This document shows, one piece after another, positions 37,056-51,850 of a stretch of DNA of 64,000 nt. This DNA is from Paraspadella gotoi. Lineage: Eukaryota; Animalia; Chaetognatha. Under the pieces are notes generated by a model. That model was not told where the DNA came from. It did no database searches and worked only from the letters and a program-made list of their open reading frames with translations. The stretch lies in NCBI GenBank assembly GCA_051294375.1, contig CM119265.1, positions 5,565,696 through 5,629,695 of the forward strand. Reading direction: 5' to 3'. How positions within the stretch are numbered: position 1 is the first letter of the stretch; every line of letters starts with the position of its first letter. The translations under genes were made by a program, and so were the position numbers.

Positions 37056-40000
37056 CCTCACTCGGCGAGGCGCGAAACGACGCAAGATCTCGCCGGAAAA
37101 TCGCCATTCAGACGCCAGAGAAAGAGAGAGAAAGAGAGAGAGAGAGAGAGATCGGCGGCGCTGAGTCGAAGCGGCGCCCCGCGGATCAAATTTATCGAGG
37201 GCGTAACCGTCGTTGGAGTTTCGACTTTCTACCGAGTCCCAAAGGAGTTCGCAGTTCGCTTGCGGGAAATTCAAGGTTTCGGGTTTCGTCAGCGGTAAAA
37301 AAAAGATGTTTCTTCATAGTTTATAACTCAGATATCAGACTCTTTTTTCTCAGCTAAGTAGAAATGATTGATATAAGTTTGTTTTTTTAAATTCCTATCT
37401 TACAAAACATTTTAAATTTACGAAATGTAGATCTTTATAAAATAAAGATTGCATCGAGTTCCGAATCGTACAACCAGTTTATTCCACTTCGTAAGCGAAT
37501 TTCACGTTCAAATTCAATATCTCCCCCGACGCTCGTTCACTCTCTTCCCATCACAAAGATTCCGCTGGCCGAAGAAATGTCTTGCTGCGATCGTTTCGCG
37601 TCGACCCGAGTCAAAACAGAAAGCGAAATCTGATTGGTCCGTTCCTGGCGATTCCTATTTTCTCACGCGCCAATCGGCGCTTTTTGCGGGACCTGACTAG
37701 AGTAGAGTAAAAGAAATCGGGATAAGTAAATAATCTCTCGTAGGGTTTTTTCTAATATTAAAAGTAAAAATGATATTTTCTATTATATTACCAAGAGAGT
37801 ATCATGTATTCGATGGCGTTGGGAGAGAGAATGCCGATGACATCGCCACGCTTATATCCTCTCTCAACATGGATCGTCCGAGTCGAATCGAGTTGTCCTT
37901 CAATTGTGCGTACTAAGTAGAAATTTAAAAAGTCAGTCCGCAATCAAAGAAAATCCTTACAACTAGATGTTATTACTAGAATATGCCTCATACGCGCATA
38001 GTATATTTTTATTATTTTCATGTTTTCAAAGCACTGCATGATGCAAAATGAATATTGAATAGCTATTAAGATATAAACATATTGAGGCGGTCCTGTTCTC
38101 GAAGAGTGAACAATTTTCTGTGGTGAGAGAAAAAGCGCTGCACCGCAGTATCTTCTTCAAACTCGATGTCTATTATCACAAAAAACATTCCTTTTTTTTG
38201 TTTAAGCACGAAAAAGGCTCATGCCGAAAAAAAGCCATTACAAATAAAGGGAAGACTATGCCCCGTAACAAAAGGCAATGCCCGGACAAAGAAAAAGTCT
38301 GCCGGACCCAAACGGACAACGGGCTGAGGAAAGAAGAGGGGAAAACTAAAGATAGAGACTACATGATATGATTACTAGGAGCCGACGAAGTTTGTAATCC
38401 GGCATTCTTCAATACATAATTTTGAAACACTGTAGTCATAGATATATCGCGAACATTATAACTGAAAAAAGTTAAGGACACACACACATTTAACATCTCT
38501 ACCTCATGGACGCGAATTCGTCGCCTCGACTCAATTTGGCACCGTTCAACGATCGCAGTTTTAGTCCGTCACCCGAAATGGGTTCTCCCAAGACGTAATC
38601 GAAAAAGTTCGTTGTGTTTGAATTTCTTAGCAGTATTTCGGATTTGAAAACAATCTGACTCGGCACGCCCGAGTCGAGATAGGGGTAGATCTCGAAGGCG
38701 CGTGGGTTGTTTGTCGCTGTGTCGTTTGTTGTCGTAGGATGGTGGACGATTCCATTGCTTGAGGTAAAGCGAACAGAGGGCTCCGAAGTTGGGTGAGGGT
38801 AAGTTGTAAAATCGTCGTAAGTTGTACATCAACGGTGTTGCATCAGCCAAAACCGCGGTCAAGTCGCTTTCTCGTTGACGCCTCCGATCGAATTGAGCAA
38901 CGCGATTTGGGACGGAGCACGGGTCAAAGTCTTGGAGTAAAGCACGACGTTATCGTTGTTTTTTTCATATTAAACAAAATTAGATTAAGTAGACACAACG
39001 ACGGTAAAATGCTTAACCTTTTATTTTCTGCGAAAAAAAAAGCTGAATAAGAAAACTAAAGAAGGGATCAGCAGAGGATAGTATCATTAAGTTTACCGAC
39101 AAAAGCTAAGAATTAATTTTTTTTCTTTTTTAGCGCATCAGTATGTTCGCGCGATGCTTCTTAGAGAATGTCGGATTAATTGTGCATGTCGTTTGTAGTC
39201 CGATATTAACTTGTTTTTTCCCTTTCTCTCTTCGCGACTGACGATCATTCGAGTCGCTCCTCGTAATTAAAAAATGCCCAGCGAAATTTCTTTTTATTAT
39301 TCTCTTGAATTTCATTTTCTTGAGACGAGCGAACGTGAAACAAAAGAGAAAACGCTGCGAGGAGAATTAATTATTTTGTTAATTAAGTAATCGAAGAAAG
39401 AGAAACTGACAAAGCAAAGACGAATTTAATTCGATTTTAGACTTTTTTTTATATTTGATTGATTGTCCCAAGAATCGTATATTAGGAGTCGCCAGATGGG
39501 TCGTTCATACAAGAATCATCTTATCAATTAACCCTTTCTTTCTGCCGCCGTTTCCGAGTTTAAACAGTTTAAAATTTTTAAAATGATTGCAATAAAGCAT
39601 CATGATTAAAGTGTAGGCGTCTACAAGAATTGGTTTTTTTTTCCTTTGTTCCTGTTATCGGACTATCTTCAAAGGATGTTAGACTTGAGGGCGCATAACG
39701 GCTAACTTTTGACCTGGCAGGTGCTCTAAAGGTTTGCTATTAGCTTTAATATGACCTAAGGTGGTTTTTCTTCTCAAATCAATAGGAAATCGAAAAAAGT
39801 AAAATAGTAATATTTTAAATAGTATGGTATTTTAAATTTGATGTCCTTCAAATTTATTTCAACGGTTTTCTTAAATATGAAAAATTATGAAAGTTAACCA
39901 TCCAAACAAACAATAAATATGTCAAATAAAACTATCATAAAACGCCCCCCGAAGCTTAGAAGCGGTGAGAGAACGCCATTTTTTCCCTTGGATGTCACCC

Positions 40001-42499
40001 TGATTTTTGATTAATTGTGCAAAATTTCTGGAATGTGAGGGGGCCGAAAAAAGCCATAAAAAAATTGAGTTCCCCGCACTCGAAAAGAAAAGGGGGGTGG
40101 AAGGATGGGCCGAGAGACCGTGAGTATATGTGCGGAGGCGTAGGGGTCAGTTTAGGACTCTGCGATTGCCGAAGGTTGGCGGGCAACCGAAGAATTATTG
40201 ACTGCGAAGCCGAAAGCTGAGAGAAGGAGAGATGAGAGAGGAGAGAGAGAGAAGATGGAGAGAGAGAGAGAGCGGAAAGAAGAGAGATGAGAGATGCCTC
40301 CATTATCGGGGGAAACAAATTTGCTGTTGGAAACAACCGCGGAATTTCCCCGATGGGGGATGGAAAACGCCGGAAGGAAAAAAGGTCAGAGAACGAGCGT
40401 CGGTTTTGTTCTTTAACGGGCGGACGAGCCTGAGGACGGCTTGAATAGACAGCGGTTGGGGGGGAATTGTCGCCCGTCAAAAAATAGCGAAGAGAGAGGG
40501 CTGAGAAAAAGGAAAGCGAAAACAATAAAGTGAAATCCGGCTGGTGTGAAGTGGCGCGCTGGGCCGTTGCGAGCTGAGTCCTCTCAACAGCCCGAAGAGA
40601 CAAAGGGCCGCATTGATTGTAAACAACTTGGAAGAGTTTGTTGAGATTGTTTTTTTTGCGTTGGTGATGCAGGAATGGGTTTTTTATTGGCCAATATAAT
40701 GTATTATATATTAGTTGATTAAAAAAAGCTCTAAATTATATATTTTATTTTTCGTTTGCTTGTCTCTTATATTACAAAATTTAGTTGATTTTAAAGATTT
40801 AACTTTATTAAATAGATTTAATGATTAATGAACGGTTTTAAAAAGTTTTAGTTTTACCTACCAATTGAATTTATTTGTCTTCTGACTTCATAAGAGATAT
40901 TAAGTCATAGGGGCAAAAAGGATATTCAACAAAGGTTCGAGGCAACTGTGCCTTTCCCTTTTTAGGGAGAATCCCATCATGATTTATGCGAATTAATTCC
41001 TTGGCAATGTCCCCGTTTTTTGTGTGGCGGAACCGTGTAGCTGCGTGGTACGGAAGTATGAGATGTAGATGGAATATGACGTATGGTTAATTATTTAAAT
41101 ATAACCAATAAAAAATAATTAAGCAGCGTGTCGAAAGAAATATTTAATTTTTTCCGATTAGTAAAAATTTTATATTTAGAGTTTTATTAGAGTATAAAGA
41201 GTATTTCTCAAAAATAAAAAGCTTTTATTGCCAAAAATGTACTAAGAAAAAAAGTAGGCGCATAAATCGTTGGCCTCTAAACTTTTCGTTTTCCCTAATA
41301 TTGATGGAGCTGGTGAAAGCAAAGCTTTGGTTCTCGGCGTCCCTGATGAGACATTTTGACAGTTTGTTTGGATCCTGGCGTCAGTCTGCTGAACCGAGGG
41401 CGAGGGAGAGGTAGCGAGGGGGGCGACCTTTTGGGAAGGGAAAGAGGAAAACGCGGGAGAACGGATTAGAAAAATCCTAAACAAGTTTTTTTCCACTCTG
41501 AATAGAGATAGCAAGAAAGAAATTAAAAAGGATTAGATTGATAAAGATATTACCAAAGTTTGTTTTCGTTTGTGTTTTTGTTATTATTTCTTTTATATTG
41601 TGTGTAAAATCTTGTGGTTTTAAAATTTAGTTTGGAAGTAGAGGGGGTTTTTTTTTTCGGTTTTTTTTTTTTTATTTCTTTGATTGATTATTTATTTTTT
41701 TGTCTTCTTTATGGATTTATTAATTTTGAAATAAAACCTCGCCACCATATGGCTTGGCGTGTTGTTTTTTTCGGACAGTGGATTGTCATGTTATATTCCG
41801 TCGGCATTTTTTATCTTCCAGGCTGTATCATGATCCAAGGAGGAATCCATTTGCGAAAATTATTGAAGAAAACAAGCCCCACCACATGAGAACAGAAAAA
41901 AAAAATAAGCAATCTATAAAGTTGTTGAAAAAAAGAAAAGAAAAATCCCATACTCGAAGCGCTGACAGAAAAAAAAAGGAAAAAGAGGAGATGGAAAAGC
42001 AGAAACGAGAAGAGGCATCATTTCACCGCTTCGTTCCTCTTACACAATCGACGAGAGAAATCTTAGGCGACGGTCCACTGACACCCAACGCTCGTCCTCT
42101 TCTGCCCCCTTATCCTGGCCCCTTCCCCTTCCCGATTCCGCGCCTAACCCTCGCGCGAGCCCCAAATTGAACGGGACAGAAGTCAGTTGTAGCCTCTACC
42201 GGGCTCAGAGGCGGGATATGGGTGCGCGTTGGCGAGTTTGAAGGAGTGTCAATATGGGGTCGGAGTGACGGGGGGTAACGATGTGTGGTTGTGAGAAGTA
42301 AATTTGCGCGTTGTTAAACTAAAGCGAAAACTCTGTTTGCTTCCGGGACATTAGACAAGACGGGGCGACGAGCTTTAGAATAGATGAGAAGTTTTTTTAC
42401 AACACGAGTTAGAAAAGTAAGTGTGCTTGGATTGGGTGAACATGGATGGAAAACAAAGGGTTGTCTGAACCATGACGTTGTCCTTTCTTCTTCTTCTCT

Positions 42500-42533
<34 letters not shown>

Positions 42534-42961
42534 CTTCTCTCTCTCTTCTCTCTCTCCTCTCTCTCTCTTTCTTCTCTTTCTTTCTTTCTTTCTCTCTTTC
42601 TCAATCCAGAAACGGCAAAAAGAAGGGTTTAAGGCCTTGGAGGAGAGAAAATTATGCGCAGCGAGATTGTTGGCTTCGGAATTGGGCTGAATGTTCTGGG
42701 GATTTCGCTCGACGACGAATTGTAGCGCGCCGGCGCGCGCCGGAGCCCCAGCCTCGATACGCGCCCATGGTGGGCGTGGCATGGGCGGAGCGGCCGGAGC
42801 GGGCGGGCGGGTGGAAACTTTTGTTTTGCGCGGAATCAAATCCGGAAAGGACGCGTGTTCTCGTCTATGACGGTAATTCTGGTTATTGAAGACCTTTTGA
42901 TTTGAAGGAAAAAAATGTCAGAAGGTGCTGCTCTCTCTCTCTCTCTTCGTCTCTCTCCTCT

Positions 42962-43005
<44 letters not shown>

Positions 43006-44103
43006 ACTGTCTTTATCTGAGCTGCTTTTGGCCCCCCGAAAAAAAGCATAGCCTCATATTAACTTTTTGAGCGCAATCCGTCGTTGTACGCCCCTACCTT
43101 GTATTCTCTTCATTTCTCTTTCCCTTCTTTCCCTTCTCTCTTCCCCCCCTCTCTCCGCCAATCCCCCTCCCTTCGCCCGTCTCTCCCTTTGACTTCCCCC
43201 CCCCATTTCCATATATATCATCGCCAGTGACGTAAAAGCTCTGTTCTCTCGCTTTACCAATAAATCTCTTCGAATTTAATTTTCGCTCGACGCATTCATT
43301 ATACTTAATATTTATAAGCGGATATAAACGGGCGCGACAAATTCAATTTACCCCCCGCGCGAGTGGGAAAGGGGGAGTAGGGGGCGGGAAACGGAATCAA
43401 TTAAGCTTTAAATAAAAAAAAAAAAAGAAGGAAATTAGATTTCCCAGGGCTTTCGTCCGAACCCCCTGATTAATTAGTCTTGTTTGAATAAGGGAGTAAA
43501 TTAAATGTTCAAAACGCGAGGCACGGCGGGTGGAGTTCGACGGAGAGAGAGAGAGAGGAGAGAGAGAGAGATCGAAGAGAGAAGTGGGAGAGAGAGAGAG
43601 ACGAAGAGAGAGAGAGAAAGAAGAGAGAGAGAGATTCTTTTTTTTATGGAAAACCGGGCAAATGGAGAGGGGGGGGGGGCGAAAGGATTCCCTACTGCGC
43701 GTGGTTGGAGTTTTTGTCCGGCTTGACTTTGTGTGATTTCGACTCCCTCCGTTTGATATTAAAATTACTTTTTAAAGCGATTAAACTTGTTTAAACCAGA
43801 AGTACTTCTTATTCGGTACGTTTTTAAAGAAAAAATTTTATCCCTTTTATTTAACTTTACTCCATTCTTTTTTTATGATAAAAGTTCTAGACGACCCACA
43901 AACCTATTGCATACTGAGATGTCGCCTCTTCTTCTTCCCTGCGCCCCAACAATATTTTACGCTCCATGCCATAAATCTACATTCGGCTTTCAAGATGCCA
44001 AGTAGAGGACGGAAGGTAATCAGATGCCATGAGTGGCTACTCTTAAATCATAATCCCACGACGTTTCCGGGCGAAGGCCAAATATCTCCTCTCTCTCTCT
44101 CTG

Positions 44104-44151
<48 letters not shown>

Positions 44152-44847
44152 CTGTCTGTCTCTGTCATTGCTCTTCCCGGACTGATCCTATCAGTTTTTG
44201 CTTGGTTAGTAAATGACAACGGTAATGATTTTTCAAAGGAACCATTTTCAATAAATAATCATTCGTTTCAACGTAAGTCGCCGATTGAATTGAATTTTAG
44301 CTAAAAAGCAAGTCAATTACAGTCTATTCATTATTTTTATAATTCATGCTGGTCCACAAGGGTAACACAAGGTAACATAACGTTTTTGAATTTATGTACA
44401 CAGGTCGCTTTTATATTTCAACGTTTTTTTTTCTATCGTACGATCGTACGGAAAAAACCAACGCCATTTTCGCAGCCAAAAACATTTTGTTGTTTTACGC
44501 CTAATTTTTGTTTTCTCTTTCTTTTTCGCACGCAAGAGGGAAGACCGAAAGCACTTATGACTCGTACTGAAAACACGGTTTGGTTGGTTTTGTTCTGGTA
44601 CTGGTTACAGAAAATACAAATAGTTGCATCGCCGACAGAAGAATAATTTAAAGGGCGATGAAAACTGTCGCCATTTATTTGTGTTTTCAAAAAAGGAGAT
44701 CAGAATAAAAACACCAAGTGTTCTTTTTGTTTTTTGTTTCAACCCCATGGAAAAAGGACCAGGGACAAAGATTGATGGAAAGAGAGTGAGCAGAAAATAG
44801 GCATACTAATTAATTTGAGGATTTGTGTGTTGTGAGAGAGAGAGAGA

Positions 44848-44899
<52 letters not shown>

Positions 44900-45238
44900 G
44901 ATTACTCCCAAGTATTCAACCCCAGATAGCACGACCTTCATTATTAAATTTCCCAATTGATTAGTTCGGACCGGTTTTCCGAATTATGTGACGCCGGTTT
45001 TGATTTGTATGTGCGCTTCATTCGAACTTCAGGACTTCCGAGACGCGGGCTGTGGTCAGAGCGGCGGCCTGTGGTTCAGAGCGCGCCCTGTCGGAACGCG
45101 TTTGATGCGGGGAAGCGATTGGTCGGAGAGCGTCATATTCATTAGAATGAAAAAAATTGAGAACAGATTGTGGACATTGTCCCAGCGAAACGAGACGTGC
45201 CGGAGAGAGAGAGAGAGAGAGAAGAGAGAGGAGGAGAG

Positions 45239-45275
<37 letters not shown>

Positions 45276-46463
45276 AGAGAGAAGAGATGTTACATGAATG
45301 CTTTGCTAACTCTGAGCGCTTTTTGATTAATGAATTAGAGTTTAGAAAGGAAATGACAACCGACTTGATATTGCCTCTCGTCTGTTCGAAATATTTTTTT
45401 TAATTATAACTTTTTCCCTTGGTTTTGACGGGAAGGAATATTGTGTAGTGTTGCGAAATGAAAATGTATAAACAGGGTACACTAAAAAATTTAAAGAATT
45501 AAATTAGCTGTAAGATTCATAATTATACATTTTTCTGCTCCTTCAATCGCGACTTCATTCCTAATCGCATTAAGTTTAGGGATGATGAAAAAAAAGAAAA
45601 AGAAAAGGTTTCTCTACTTTTTAATTTTATATCTCATCGATCTAAAACAGGTTTTCATTCATATAAAATAGCGATCAATAACGGTCCAAGAACCTCCGTA
45701 GAGAGGATTGGCTAAAAATAACTCTAGCAATGTCAAGGATCGTTGCTTACTTCTCTCCAAGACACTCATCTGTGCACATTTATGGAATGTTCGCTAAAAT
45801 GTTGTTGCTAAAAGATTATCTACCGACGTAATGCAAAGAGAACATCCTGCTCTCGAAGGCTTAACCCCAATTTCGTTGGTCCTCGCCGCGAAGTGCTGAA
45901 ACCCGGCCGATGTTGTTCTTGACCTTGATTGAACGTTAGTCGAAGATAGAGTCAAACAAAATATATAAATATAATATATAATGATATAAATAATATATAT
46001 TTTCATTAATGACTTTCTAACAGAAATTGATTGTGTGATATCTATTAGAAAACTAGGACAGATAGTAATCTAACCTTGTGTTGTTAGTGCTCCCTCTATT
46101 TCCAGAAGACAACACTGACTTCCCCTTCCCAAATTGAATTATAGATAAATAAAACATTTTAAGAAAGAAAGCAATTATATTTGATTAAATAATAAGATAA
46201 ATACTAAATCCTTCATAAATATAAAAATAGAAAATAGTGAAACAAGTAATTTTGCAAATTTTTCTAATATTAAATATACGTATTCTTTAATTCTTCTCGT
46301 TCTTTATAAACTATCAGGCTTTATTGTAAATAAGCGTGCAGATGCCCCGGATGCCGCGGATTGCCACGGAGCCACCGCCAACCTCTGAGGAATAAAGCGA
46401 CGCCTCCGTCTCTGGACAGTGATCAATAAGACATTAGTCTCGGTTTTTGTTCGTTGCGCTCTC

Positions 46464-46494
<31 letters not shown>

Positions 46495-47244
46495 ACTCTC
46501 TCTCTCTCTCTCTCTCTTTTCTCCCCCTCACTCGGCGAGCGCGAAACGACCGCAAGATCTCGCCGGAAAATCGCCATTCAGACGCCAGAGAAGAAAGAGA
46601 GAGAAAGAGGAGAGAGAGAGAGGATCGGCGGCGCTGAGTCGAAGCGGCGCCCCGCGGATCAAATTTATCGAGGGGCGTAACCGTCGTTGGAGTTTCGACT
46701 TTCTACCGAGTCCCAAAGGATGTTCGCAGTTCGCTTGCGGGAAATTCAAGGTTTCGGGTTTCGTCAGCGGTTAATAAAAAAGATGTTTCTTCATAGTTTA
46801 TAAACTCAGATATCAGAATCTTTTTTCTCAGCTAAGTAGAAATGATTGATATTAAGTTTGTTTTTTTTTAAATTTCCTATCTTTACAAAACATTTAAATT
46901 TACGAAAATGTAGATCTTTATTAAAATAAAGATTGCATCGAGTTCCGAAATCGTACAACCAGTTTATTCCACTTCGTAAGCGAATTTCACGATTTCAAAT
47001 TCAATATCTCCCCCGACGCTCGTTCACTCTCTTCCCATCACAAAGATTCCGCTGGCGAAGAAATGTCTTGCTGCGATCGTTTTCGCGTCGACCGAGTCAA
47101 AACAGAAAGCGAAATCTGATTTTGCGTCCGTTCCTGGCGATTCCTATTTTCTCACGCGCCAATCGGGCGCTTTTTGCGGGACCTGACTAGAGTAGAGTAA
47201 AAAGAAATCGGGTATAAGTAAATAATCTCTCGTAGGGTTTTTTC
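29689..47244. repeat. Tandem segmental duplication: 29689-37751 repeated as 37752-47244
   Basis: At 37752 the sequence restarts with ctaatattaaaagtaaaaatga (as at 29689) and stays colinear until ...ctctcgtagggttttttc at 47244 (as at 37751). Copy 2 is full of small indels and has real sequence where copy 1 has N gaps. Confidence 0.9.
37790..38953 (-). pseudogene. Frameshifted, truncated second copy of exons 1-2 of the luciferase-like gene (within a duplicated block, possibly an assembly artefact)
   Basis: Aligns by eye to 29729-30805 with many 1-2 nt indels. The ATG reads ATA, and exons 3-10 are absent because the copy begins inside intron 2. Confidence 0.7.
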
Positions 47245-47326
47245 AGGCAAGGACGTCCGTTTATGAAACGTATTTGACCCGAAAATGTGTTTCTTTTTTT
47301 TCACTTCTATGTTTCTCACTTCTACG

Positions 47327-47404
<78 letters not shown>

Positions 47405-48444
47405 CCCCCGATAAAGCGCGGCAGAGGTAATTAGCCTGCTTTCCCATTTCCAAGTACATCCCTCGCGCTCTTAATCCCTTCTCGGCTTTCCCCTCCTTCA
47501 TCCACGCTCGCCCCCCAAAGTTCATGAATTTTCAGCGAGAACCTAGAATCTCCCTTCTGACCGTCCCATTTCTCATCCCCGTTTTTTTGCTTTTAAAACA
47601 GTCCACCTCCCCCCTTTTAATTTCTCCTCCTCTCTCCTTATCCTATCCCCCCCCCCCTTAGTTCGCCGCGTGCCTTGGATTTCCAGTTCCCCAAGTCCCC
47701 CCGACACATCCTTCGTTTGCGCCCGCGTGGAGAAATTCAAAAGTTGCGACTCTTTCAAGAAGAAGAAGAGGAAGAGGAAGAACGAGAAGAACAGAAGAAC
47801 AAGGAGAAAAAGAGAGGAATGAGGAGAACAGGGGTTAAGGGGAAGAAAGAGAGGAGGAAGAAAAGAAGATTGAAAGAGAAAGGAAAGAGAAAGTGAAGGG
47901 AAAATTGAAGGGGGGGAAAGAGGAGAAGAAAGGGAGAAAAAGGGAAGAGGAGGAATTGAGGAAGGGGAAGGGTAAAAATGGAGAATAATGGAAGTATTAG
48001 AATAAATGAATAATAGAAATAAAAAGGAGAATGGGAAAAAAATGAGAGCAAAACTGTTTAAGCGAAGAGGTTAAAAAAAAATTAAAGTAATAAAAGACAA
48101 AAAACAAGACACCCATTTAAAACTCAATTATGAGATTAGGAAACTATGGAAAAATTAAAGAAGAGGCAAAAAAATGAGAAAAGAAAATGTTTGGAAAGAA
48201 GAAAAGAAATCTCAAGATGCGAAAAGGAAGAAGAAAGAAGAAGAAGAAGAAAGAAAAAGAAGAAGAAGAAGAAGAAGAAACAATGAANNNNNNNNNNNNN
48301 NNNNNNNNNNNNCAGGCCAGGACGTCGTTTATGAAACGAATATTTGACCCGAAACATGTGTTCTGCTTTTTTCTTCACTTTCTATGTTTCTCAACTTCTA
48401 TTTCCTCCCCCTCGCTTCTCTCTCTCTCTCTCTCTCTCTTCTCT

Positions 48445-48475
<31 letters not shown>

Positions 48476-49110
48476 CCTCTCTCTCTCTCTCATCCCCCCA
48501 ATAAAGCGCGGCAGAGGTAATTAGCCTGCTTTCCCATTTCCAAGTACATCCCTCGCGCTCTTAATCCCTTCTCGGCTTTCCCCTTTCATCCACGCTCGCC
48601 CCCAAAGTTCATGAATTTTCAGCGAGAAAACTAGAATCTCCCTTCTGACCGTCCCAATTTCTCATCCCCGTTTTTTTGCTTTTAAAACAGTCCACCTCCC
48701 CCCTTTTAATTCCTCTCTCCTCCTTCCTATCCCTCCCCCCCCTTTAGTTCGCCGCGTGGCCTTGGATTTCCAGTTCCCCAAGTCCCCGACACATCCTTCG
48801 TTTGCGCCCGCGTGAGAAATTCAAAAGTTGCGACTCTTTACAAGAAGAAGAAGAGGAAGAGGCAAGAACGAGAAGAACAGAAGAACAAGCAGAAAAAGAG
48901 AGGAATGAGGAGAACAGGGGTAAGGGGAAGAAGAGAGGAGGAAGAAAAGAAGATTGAAAGAGAAAAGGAAAGAGAAAGTGAAGGGAAACAAGAAGGGGGG
49001 GAAAGACGAGAAGAAAGGGAGAAAAAGAGGAAGAGGAGGAATTGGGAAGGGATAGGGTAAAAAGTGAGAATAATGGAAAGTATTAGGAATAAATAGAATA
49101 TAGAATTAAA
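47244..49110. repeat. Second direct duplication: ~47244-48030 repeated at 48313-49110
   Basis: caggc(a/c)aggacgtc...atatttgacccgaaa... and the downstream purine-rich block recur after the N gap at 48288-48312, again with indel noise. Confidence 0.85.
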
Positions 49111-50836
49111 AGGATCTCCTAGGAGATCCTCGCCACAGTTGATCAAACTCCAGGGAACGTCGAGAGCGAGAAAGGGGGGTTCAGTTTAAGACGGCGCTCG
49201 ACCGGGGTGATTAGGGTGGGGTAAAAAGTGGGGCCCAGAGCCCGAGGTAATGAAAGACACACGGAGATGCGAGCTGAAGACGGAGAGACAGTTCCGCGTT
49301 CCGCTCCCACGGCCGATTCTAATTACGGTCGACTCCGTTTTCGGCTTGGGTGAGTTCGTCGTGTTCGCCTTGGGTGATCGACCTCACCTTCGCCGCCGGC
49401 GCCATCTTCGTCGTCATCTCAAGTCTTAGGCGGCGTCAACGCCTTTTGAAGCTTTCGCTGCATTTATCCCGAATGCTATCCGTTCACTTACTTATATTTG
49501 GTAGTATTTGATTCGGTTCACTTTTCCTAGATATTTGCTTCACTGCATTCCGCTTACAAGACAATAGCATAGCAGGTGCCTACAAGCTTTTAAACAAGAC
49601 TTACACAGTGTAGTTTATTAACTGTTTCTTTGTTAACTTTTTAATGGTTATTTACATTGTGTTATTTATTTAGCTTAATTGTTTTGTTATTTGAATTTTT
49701 ACGCTTGTCCTGTACTTTAATGACTAATGTAATAACATTAATTTTATTTAAATTATTGGATTCTATTGTCCTCCAACCAAAAAAAAAANNNNNNNNNNNN
49801 NNNNNNNNNNNNNNNNNNNNNNNNNNNNNNNNNNNNNNNNNNNNNNNNNNNNNNNNNNNNNNNNNNNNNNNNNNNNNNNNNNNNNNNNNNNNNNNNNNNN
49901 NNNNNNNNNNNNNNNNNNNNNNNNNNNNNNNNNNNNNNNNNNNNNNNNNNNNNNNNNNNNNNNNNNNNNNNNNNNNNNNNNNNNNNNNNNNNNNNNNNNN
50001 NNNNNNNNNNNNNNNNNNNNNNNNNNNNNNNNNNNCCCTTCCCACGACGGAGAGAGAACAATCAGCCCGTGTCGCGAGTTAAATCTTCCAAGAGAAGCAG
50101 CGCGCGACTCCGGAGACGCCGATGACTTTTCGCCACGTCACGTCGTCACAACCATTGTTCTTGGANNNNNNNNNNNNNNNNNNNNNNNNNNNNNNNNNNN
50201 NNNNNNNNNNNNNNNNNNNNNNNNNNNNNNNNNNNNNNNNNNNNNNNNNNNNNNNNNNNNNNNNNNNNNNNNNNNNNNNNNNNNNNNNNNNNNNNNNNNN
50301 NNNNNNNNNNNNNNNNNNNNNNNNNNNNNNNNNNNNNNNNNNNNNNNNNNNNNNNNNNNNNNNNNNNNNNNNNNNNNNNNNNNNNNNNNNNNNNNNNNNN
50401 NNNNNNNNNNNNNNNNNNNNNNNNNNNNNNNNNNNNNNNNNNNNNNNNNNNNNNNNNNNNNNNNNNNNNNNNNNNNNNNNNNNNNNNNNNNNNNNNNNNN
50501 NNNNNNNNNNNNNNNNNNNNNNNNNNNNNNNNNNNNNNNNNNNNNNNNNNNNNNNNNNNNNNNNNNNNNNNNNNNNNNNNNNNNNNNNNNNCACTTGACT
50601 CTCCAAAGATTCTCTCGCGAAATTCCCTCGACGTTTTTCGATCGCTCTGCGTCGTTCGGGTGTTGACCCCGAACGAGAGAGGTTGAGAGAGAGAGGGAGA
50701 GAGGGAGAGAGGGAATGAGAGAGAAAGAGAGAGAGAGAATTTAAATCGAGAAAAATAATTAGAAAAAATGAAAAAAACGAATGAATGAATGAATGAATGA
50801 ATGAATGAATGAATGAATGAAATAATGAATGAATTT

Positions 50837-50876
<40 letters not shown>

Positions 50877-51088
50877 AACATAAAGGAATAAAAGAACGCC
50901 CGAGCGTCGTTTATGAGTCGATAACGAGATATAAACGGAATTGGCGCACGCCGTCTCGGCTTCGCCCTCCGATCTAAAAATAACTCGCGTATTGCGAGGG
51001 ATAAAAACTGGTGTGTCCCCTTTTTAAGCAGCCGACGTCCCTCGAGGGATTAAAGTGAGTGCGTTTGTGTGCGTGGTAGTGAGACAGA

Positions 51089-51156
<68 letters not shown>

Positions 51157-51792
51157 AAGACAGGCCGATTTCTGGGGAAATGTTTTGCCTCCGGCCGGCG
51201 GTGCCAAGCCGATTTGCGAGAGTGTGCGAGCGAGCGGTTGGCGCGCGGTCGGCGGGACCCAGGGCCCCGCTGCGTTCCGCGGCGCCCCGCTGCGCCCCGC
51301 TGCTCCCCGTGTTTACATTACGCGTGGATGAGCAAACCCATCAGCTGAATGTCACTTCAAAATCTCTTCTCCTCAAGAAACTCTATCATCGGCAGTCGAA
51401 CGCCTTCCGAGTTCTGCTGCGTTTTCTTTCTTTTTTTTCTTCTTTAACATTTTTGGAGGAAGAACTCGGATTGGGTCAGAAAAAGAGGCGTGGCAGTTGT
51501 TTTCATATGAAAAGTCGATATTGGTAAAGAACATCATTGTAAAGAAATGATTACCGACATCTTGAAGTTATCTTCTACTAATTTTTTTAAAAAATGTTTG
51601 ACACGCAAAAGTATTATTTAGAAGACCACGAATTTTATTTTAAGTAACGACTTAATTGAACTTCCGGTTCGCTTTGAAAAAATAAGATGGGGGAAAATTG
51701 AAAAGAAAAATAAAGTGAAAGCGAAAAAATGGAATTGCTGAAAATTGTAGAAATGGTCCTTCAATTCGATGCATCGGGGAGAGAGAGAGAGC

Positions 51793-51850
<58 letters not shown>

